From: a virus
DNA: 64,000 nt
IMG/VR virus record: IMGVR_UViG_3300020731_000011
Reading direction: 5' to 3' (one strand)
This document shows, piece by piece, positions 58,696 through 64,000 of the stretch (its first letter is position 1; every line of letters begins with the position of its first letter). Position numbers and translations under genes: made by a program. The notes beneath the pieces are model-generated. The model was not told the DNA's origin and ran no database searches. It saw nothing but the letters and a program-made list of their open reading frames with translations.

Positions 58696-58767
58696 TGTGA
58701 GGTAGAGCAGTGGTAGCTTACCTGGCTCATAACCAGAAGGTCGCAGGTTCGAATCCTGCCCTCGCAA
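58696..58767 (+). tRNA. initiator-like tRNA-Met(CAT)
   Basis: GAGCAG.GGTAGCT D-arm, GGCTCATAACC.GAAGGTC, typical of fMet. Confidence 0.85.
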
Positions 58768-58925
58768 CAACAGCCCAAAGGCCAAGGGATCGAAGATAGG
58801 AAAGTCTGGTTAAGGTGGATAGCATCCACTACCTGCCACTAAACCTCTGGAGGAATATGAAACATATTCATAACGTATGCCAGCACAGTTGAGAAGCTCT
58901 GGGGATAATTTAAAAGCTTCATTTT

Positions 58926-58997
58926 GGACGTGTAGTTTAATTGGAAAAATACTTGCCTTGTAAGCATGAGTCCCCAGGTCAGTTCTGGGTATGTCCT
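58926..58997 (+). tRNA. trnT: tRNA-Thr(TGT), atypical T-loop
   Basis: loop CTTGTAA; T-loop GTCAGTT. Confidence 0.7.
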
Positions 58998-59008
58998 CAC
59001 TAAAATAT

Positions 59009-59082
59009 GCTTCGGTAGCTCAGCTGGATAGAGCACCAGCCTTCTAAGCTGGGGGTCATTGGTTCGAATCCAATCCGAAGTA
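59009..59082 (+). tRNA. trnR: tRNA-Arg(TCT)
   Basis: CCAGC-CTTCTAA-GCTGG. Confidence 0.92.
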
Positions 59083-59093
59083 CAATAAAAAAT

Positions 59094-59180
59094 GCTTCTG
59101 TGGCGAAATAGGTAGTACGCGAGGGACTTAAAATCCCTTGGACAGTAATGTCCGTGTCGGTTCGACTCCGACCAGAAGCA
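59094..59180 (+). tRNA. trnL: tRNA-Leu(TAA)
   Basis: AGGGA-CTTAAAA-TCCCT; long variable arm. Confidence 0.92.
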
Positions 59181-59193
59181 CATATAATTTCTT

Positions 59194-59275
59194 GCTCCAG
59201 TGGCGTAATTGGTAGCCGCGTCAGACTTAGGATCTGGTTCCGTAAGGAGTGGGGGTTCGATTCCCTCCTGGAGCA
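59194..59275 (+). tRNA. trnL: tRNA-Leu(TAG)
   Basis: TCAGA-CTTAGGA-TCTGG; long variable arm. Confidence 0.92.
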
Positions 59276-59288
59276 CATTTGTCAATTT

Positions 59289-59363
59289 GGGCAATTGGCT
59301 GAGTGGTTAAAGGCACTGGTCTGCAAAACTAGACAATCATTGGTTCGAATCCAATATTGCCCT
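59289..59363 (+). tRNA. trnC: tRNA-Cys(GCA)
   Basis: CTGGT-CTGCAAA-ACTAG; U73. Confidence 0.9.
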
Positions 59364-59399
59364 CTAAAATATATTTATACATGAAGCAAATCTAATTTT

Positions 59400-59885
59400 A
59401 TGAACCGAATATTTAAGAGTTTAACTGATAATCAAGAGATAGACATTATTCCATATATAAAAAGTTATTTACTTAAAAATGAGAATACTGATATTTACAT
59501 TGGTTGTGATTCTCAAAATATTGGACGTAAAACTATCTATGCAACTGTAATAGTCCTACATAATAAAGGTCGAGGAGGTCATGTTCTTTACTCAACTGAA
59601 TGGATTCCTAGAATTAAAATACTAAAACAGACAGCCAAGACTGAAGTTGAATTTACTCGTCTATGGGCAGAAGTAGAAAGATCTATTGAAATTGCTGAAT
59701 ATCTTAAATCTTTTAATATTAAAAAGCCTGCATTTATAGACATAGATCTAAATCCAGATCCTCAATTTAAATCAAATCAAGCATTAAGAGCAGCATTAGG
59801 GTATGTAGAATCATTGGGCTATACTGTAAGGTGTAAACCAGATGCAATATCTGCTACTTATGTGGCTGATAAATTATGTAAATAA
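59400..59885 (+). CDS. RNase H-like protein (DUF458 type)
   Basis: IYIGCDSQ, RLWAEV..S, IDIDLNPD, SN, A..VAD. Confidence 0.8.
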   Translation: MNRIFKSLTDNQEIDIIPYIKSYLLKNENTDIYIGCDSQNIGRKTIYATVIVLHNKGRGGHVLYSTEWIPRIKILKQTAKTEVEFTRLWAEVERSIEIAEYLKSFNIKKPAFIDIDLNPDPQFKSNQALRAALGYVESLGYTVRCKPDAISATYVADKLCK

Positions 59886-61617
59886 TATTATGACAATATC
59901 TTATAAAGAATTCGACGGTTTTGTTAAATCTAAATTTCCTAATTTTAAATACAGATCTGGCCAAAAAGAGGTAGTTGAAGATATTATAAAATCTTACAAT
60001 AAAGATAAAAATGGAGTCTATCTTCTTGATGCCCCTACTGGATCTGGAAAGTCTATAATAGGCATTCTCTTTGCATCTTTTATGGCCAGTAGATCTAAGA
60101 CTGGATATATTTTAACTTCAGATCTCAGTCTTCATGAGCAGTATACTAGAGACATCTTAAATTTTAAGTTTAATAATTGGGGTTATATTAAGGGTGTAGA
60201 CAATTATATATGCTCTTTGAATAATGAAAAATTTTCTTTAGGAGAGTGCAAGAATAAGGGTCTTTCATATAAAGATTCTGAAAAATTAAATTGCTATAAT
60301 CAATGTGGGTATTTCCAATCTAGAAAACAGGCAATTGAGGCGCTAGTGAGTTTACTAACCTATTCATATGCACTGATTCAGAGAAATTACGTAGAAGATA
60401 AATCTATAAATGGTAGTGCATTTGAGACTAGAGATTTTGTAATATGTGATGAAGCTCATAGAGTAGTAGATATAGTTCAAACACATTTTAGCCCAAAAAT
60501 ATCTCATAAAACACATGATAACGTTCTTAAATTAGTTTTAAGTCTTAGCGATATTGGATTTAAAAGTATTCTAGTCAATACAGAGCTACTGAAAGAGAAT
60601 ATTGATAGTATGATTAAGACAGAAGATAAAAGCGCTCTCTTGGCATCCCTGAAGCGCATTATGATTGTCTTAGGCAAAGCCCAATCATACAGAGATGAGG
60701 TTCAGAAAAAGGCAAAAGAACTTTTTGGAGATAATCTAGTTTCAAAAGAGTGGTCAAATGTATTTAAATATTTTGATTATGTCAAAGATGTACTATGTAA
60801 AATAGAAGATTATATTACTATAGTTGAAGAGTCTGGTCTGCATTTTATGATTAAGAGTATGAAAGATCAAGAGATTACTTTTAATTGTCTAGATGAAAAG
60901 TATCTTATGAAAAAGCACTTTTTAGATAGATTTGGATTTAAACTTATGATGACTGCGACTATGGGATCTAGATCAGAATTTGAAAATTCTATAGGAGTTA
61001 GTAAATCATTTTATAAAAAGATGCAGTCTTCATTTGACTACTCAAAATCACCAATATATTACTATCCTAATCGTAGAATGGGCATGAAAGATATAGATAA
61101 AAATATATCATGGCTAGTAAAGACAGTTGAAAAGATCATGGATGCTCATCCAAAAGAATCAGGAGTAATACATACAGGCTCATATGATCTAGGTAGAAAA
61201 CTACTATTTAATCTACCAAAATCTAAGCAAAGAAGAATTCATGTGTATAGAGGTACAGATGAGAAAATTGATGTTCTTTCTAAATTTATAGCCACTCCTG
61301 GTAATATTCTTATAGGCCCTTCTCTTCTAGAAGGTCTGGATCTAAAAGACGATAAAAGCAGACTTCAAATATTCCTTAAAGTGCCATATCCCTATATTGG
61401 AGATAAGTATGTTTCAGAGAAAATGAAATACTCTCCAGGATGGTATACTTGGAAAACCTGTACATCTATACTTCAAGGAGTTGGTAGAAGTGTAAGATCA
61501 GAGTCAGATTGGGCAATTACATATTTTTTAGATGGATGTCTTACTGATCTTATAACTAGATCTGATGATAATTTTCCTGAAGAGTTTATAAAAAGAATCA
61601 TTATTAAAGAAGATTAA
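59842..61617 (+). CDS. DinG/Rad3-like SF2 helicase (probable start ATG 59890)
   Basis: DAPTGSGKS, three-Cys Fe-S-like region, ICDEAH, MTAT, EGLDL, K.PYP, QGVGRSVRS..D. Confidence 0.9.
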   Translation: MQYLLLMWLINYVNNIMTISYKEFDGFVKSKFPNFKYRSGQKEVVEDIIKSYNKDKNGVYLLDAPTGSGKSIIGILFASFMASRSKTGYILTSDLSLHEQYTRDILNFKFNNWGYIKGVDNYICSLNNEKFSLGECKNKGLSYKDSEKLNCYNQCGYFQSRKQAIEALVSLLTYSYALIQRNYVEDKSINGSAFETRDFVICDEAHRVVDIVQTHFSPKISHKTHDNVLKLVLSLSDIGFKSILVNTELLKENIDSMIKTEDKSALLASLKRIMIVLGKAQSYRDEVQKKAKELFGDNLVSKEWSNVFKYFDYVKDVLCKIEDYITIVEESGLHFMIKSMKDQEITFNCLDEKYLMKKHFLDRFGFKLMMTATMGSRSEFENSIGVSKSFYKKMQSSFDYSKSPIYYYPNRRMGMKDIDKNISWLVKTVEKIMDAHPKESGVIHTGSYDLGRKLLFNLPKSKQRRIHVYRGTDEKIDVLSKFIATPGNILIGPSLLEGLDLKDDKSRLQIFLKVPYPYIGDKYVSEKMKYSPGWYTWKTCTSILQGVGRSVRSESDWAITYFLDGCLTDLITRSDDNFPEEFIKRIIIKED

Positions 61618-61630
61618 TATATTTATAAAT

Positions 61631-62329
61631 GTGAAATTACTAAATATACTTTTAGATTTATATAAAGAAGAGTATTCTATAAACCTCAAAGAGGGTGAAA
61701 TAAAGACTGTGCAATTAAATAAAACAGTGTCTATTTTACATAGAAAATATTCAAATATTTTAAATTTTAAAAGTGATAATATTGATAATACTTTTAAAGT
61801 TATATTTTCACAAAAAATAGATTTATCAAAATTTAATGATCTTCTTAAAGATGCTAATAATCTAGGTTGGTTTCCTTCTTTTATGCAATCTAAAGAATAT
61901 GTAGGTAAATATGAGAAAAAATATGCAGAATATTATATAAAAGACGGAGTTACTTTTTCAATATTTTTTGAGGCAAAATTTGATATAATTATAGAAAAAT
62001 ATCCTAAAATATTATATCATATAGCCCCTACTATAAATTCAAATAAAATAGAAAAAATTGGCCTAGTTCCAAAATCTAGATCAAAGGCGTCTTACCATCC
62101 AGATAGAGTTTATTTAGCTCTTTCAAAAGAATCAGCATTATATTTAGTTGATAATTTTACTTATAAAACTGGAATTAAAAACTGGACACTTTTTTCTATA
62201 GATACTGATAAAATACCTGGAGATTATTTTAAATTATATGAAGATCCAAATTATAAATCAAATGGTTGTTACACTTTAAATAATATACCTCCTAGTGCTA
62301 TAACTAGAGTAGAAGACCTAAAATCATGA
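61631..62329 (+). CDS. ADP-ribosyltransferase-fold protein (GTG start)
   Basis: ILYHIAP....KI...GL.PKS......PDRVYLA, H-type ART/Tpt1-like strands. Confidence 0.55.
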   Translation: MKLLNILLDLYKEEYSINLKEGEIKTVQLNKTVSILHRKYSNILNFKSDNIDNTFKVIFSQKIDLSKFNDLLKDANNLGWFPSFMQSKEYVGKYEKKYAEYYIKDGVTFSIFFEAKFDIIIEKYPKILYHIAPTINSNKIEKIGLVPKSRSKASYHPDRVYLALSKESALYLVDNFTYKTGIKNWTLFSIDTDKIPGDYFKLYEDPNYKSNGCYTLNNIPPSAITRVEDLKS

Positions 62330-62649
62330 CAGTATTAATGGCAGCACATGTATTATCATTTAAGAATCAGAGTGAATTTTTTGATAAAATCAAAAATAAA
62401 GATTCTGATCTTGTATTAAAAATGGTAAAGACTATTTTATGGGCAATAAAAAATAAAAAACCAAAAATTGAAATATTCCAAGTTGTATTTTCTGAATCTA
62501 AAGAAATTACTTTTTCACTTGAAAGAAAAGAATATTTAAAAACCCTAAATCTTCAAATGCCAAAATTAATAGAACTTGAAGAGTATGAATTATGTTCTCA
62601 GATTCAAAAAATAAATGAGAAAAGACAAAAAAGAAGAAAAAATAATTAA
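62326..62649 (+). CDS. hypothetical protein with a UVR-like C-terminus; paralog of 32409..32753
   Basis: EEYELC..I motif. Confidence 0.5.
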   Translation: MTVLMAAHVLSFKNQSEFFDKIKNKDSDLVLKMVKTILWAIKNKKPKIEIFQVVFSESKEITFSLERKEYLKTLNLQMPKLIELEEYELCSQIQKINEKRQKRRKNN

Positions 62650-62756
62650 TCATATATACTAAAAATAAATCATAATAATACAAGACTTTAAAAATCAATT
62701 TTTTAAATTAAATTTATGTATGTATATTTATAGTATAATAATCAATGATAATAATC

Positions 62757-63156
62757 GGGCATGAGATTGGTAATTGATGGCAATGTAGTTCTTTAAAATG
62801 ATGCAGGCAGTGTTAGTATTGGAAACACTTTAATAACCTATATAAAAAATAAATGCAAACGTAGAATTATCTACATGGACTTTCGAGGACGCTATGGCGT
62901 TCGCTGATGGTGAGTTCGCAATGGCGGCTTAGTCCAGTGGGGTCGCATGATACCCTAGAAACAGAAGTGCCTGCAAAAGTGTGAGTGGTTTAAATGATTG
63001 AACACCCAGCATTATAAATACGATGTTTAAATCAGCACTGAATACCACGATAAATAGTGATTTATATATTTTGTCTAGTTAGAAAACGAGAATAAGCTTG
63101 TGAATGAGTTTTATAGGATTAATTGTTAGACTTGGGTTCGAATCCCAACATGTCCA
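62757..63156 (+). ncRNA. ssrA: tmRNA; tag ORF 62855-62932 encodes ANVELSTWTFEDAMAFADGEFAMAA*
   Basis: acceptor GGGCATG/CATGTCC-A with the G3.U70 Ala determinant, T-arm TTGGG-TTCGAAT-CCCAA, ATAAAT-GCA resume context, tag ending AA-stop. Confidence 0.92.
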
Positions 63157-63189
63157 CTATTTTAATAATAAATTAATAAAATAAAATCT

Positions 63190-63375
63190 ATGAAGAAAAT
63201 TGTAATTTTTAAAGATCATGAAGTAGATGGTAAAAAGGTACGCTCTATACTTAGGGCTATTAAGCCATCAAGTCTATTTATTGGATTTAGTAAGAGTGGA
63301 TCTCCTATAGACAGTGAGATCAAAAAACTGGCATCTTATTTAGAACCCGCTTTTACTGGATATTATACTGCATAA
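63190..63375 (+). CDS. hypothetical protein
   Basis: 61-aa ORF. Confidence 0.4.
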   Translation: MKKIVIFKDHEVDGKKVRSILRAIKPSSLFIGFSKSGSPIDSEIKKLASYLEPAFTGYYTA

Positions 63376-63409
63376 AAGTATTTTCCTTTAAAGATTAATT
63401 TAATTAATC

Positions 63410-63482
63410 GTTCCTGAGGACAAAATGGTTGAGTCGCTGCCCTTTCAAGGCAGAGGAGTGGGATCGATACCCATCAGGAATA
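63410..63482 (+). tRNA. trnE: tRNA-Glu(TTC)
   Basis: CTGCC-CTTTCAA-GGCAG; T-loop ATCGATA. Confidence 0.85.
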
Positions 63483-63508
63483 CTAACCAATTTTTAAATA
63501 AAAACAAA

Positions 63509-63709
63509 ATGAAAAAAATCATGCTTTCACTTATTACAGCAATGACAATTGTAAGCTGTAATTCAGTAACATCTAGCTCTCTAGCTAAATCAGATTCAAC
63601 TAAAATTTCAAAAGTAGATACAGTTAAAATGGCAGTATCAGATTCTTCAAAAACCAAGGTTGATTCAGCTAAAACTAATAAAGACACTACTAAACTAAAA
63701 AATAAGTAA
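63509..63709 (+). CDS. small lipoprotein
   Basis: MKKIMLSLITAMTIVSC lipobox; DSTK/DTVK/DSAK repeats. Confidence 0.7.
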   Translation: MKKIMLSLITAMTIVSCNSVTSSSLAKSDSTKISKVDTVKMAVSDSSKTKVDSAKTNKDTTKLKNK

Positions 63710-63717
63710 ATAATACT

Positions 63718-64000
63718 ATGAGTAAAGTACTAGGATTTTGTATTATTATTGTAATTATATTTGGTTATTATACAAATTATCAAAGAGAATTACATAATAA
63801 ACGGGAATTTGAGTTTAATCATAAAATAGATAGTTTAAATTATAAAATTTCTAAATTAGACTCAGTTCATAAAAAACAAGACAGTGTTATATACATTTAC
63901 AAAGATAGTATTGTATATGTCGATAGTCTAATTCAAAAACAAACAATAAAATACATTTACATTAAAAATAAGTATAATGAAATTCACAATCATATTTCTC
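63718..64000 (+). CDS. membrane-anchored coiled-coil protein, truncated by the window end
   Basis: ATG 63718, N-terminal transmembrane segment, open to the end of the window. Confidence 0.55.
   Translation, partial: MSKVLGFCIIIVIIFGYYTNYQRELHNKREFEFNHKIDSLNYKISKLDSVHKKQDSVIYIYKDSIVYVDSLIQKQTIKYIYIKNKYNEIHNHIS

Noticed and set aside
58839-59384. Track ORFs 58839..59294 (-), 59000..59278 (-) and 59148..59384 (+)
   Set aside because: They overlap five clear tRNA genes and are shadow ORFs.
63425-63508. N-terminal extension of ORF 63425..63709
   Set aside because: It overlaps tRNA-Glu; the lipoprotein signal starts at ATG 63509.

Overview
An AT-rich segment of a large lytic dsDNA (jumbo-type) phage genome, almost entirely on the + strand. 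The host is probably Bacteroidota, inferred from TAnnTTTG/TAnnTTTA promoter boxes, A-rich leaders without Shine-Dalgarno sites, a DUF4494-like gene, a Bacteroidota-style ECF sigma factor and lipoproteins. Layout: (1) 0.1-15.4 kb, replication core: SSB, RecA-like, FEN/RNase H, DnaB, class II RNR fractured by a split intein plus a free-standing endonuclease, family A polymerase, GroES/GroEL. (2) 15.6-21.4 kb, nucleotide and probable DNA-modification locus, including a T4 gp42-like hydroxymethylase fused to a glycosylase-fold domain. (3) 21.6-31.5 kb, glycosyltransferase/methyltransferase cluster. (4) 31.5-41 kb, ClpP, regulators and small ORFs. (5) 41.5-52 kb, putative early region of short genes, each preceded by a mosaic ~80-100 nt promoter cassette. 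(6) 53.7-64 kb, structured RNAs, 19 tRNAs, RNase H-like, DinG helicase, an ART-fold protein and a tmRNA. The most striking signal was missed by the ORF track: the FEN gene carries CTT-TAA-CTC inside its catalytic DG-x-N motif, right after a perfect 12-bp GC-rich hairpin, which suggests programmed ribosomal stop-hopping. All family assignments come from motif recognition by eye; no database searches were run.
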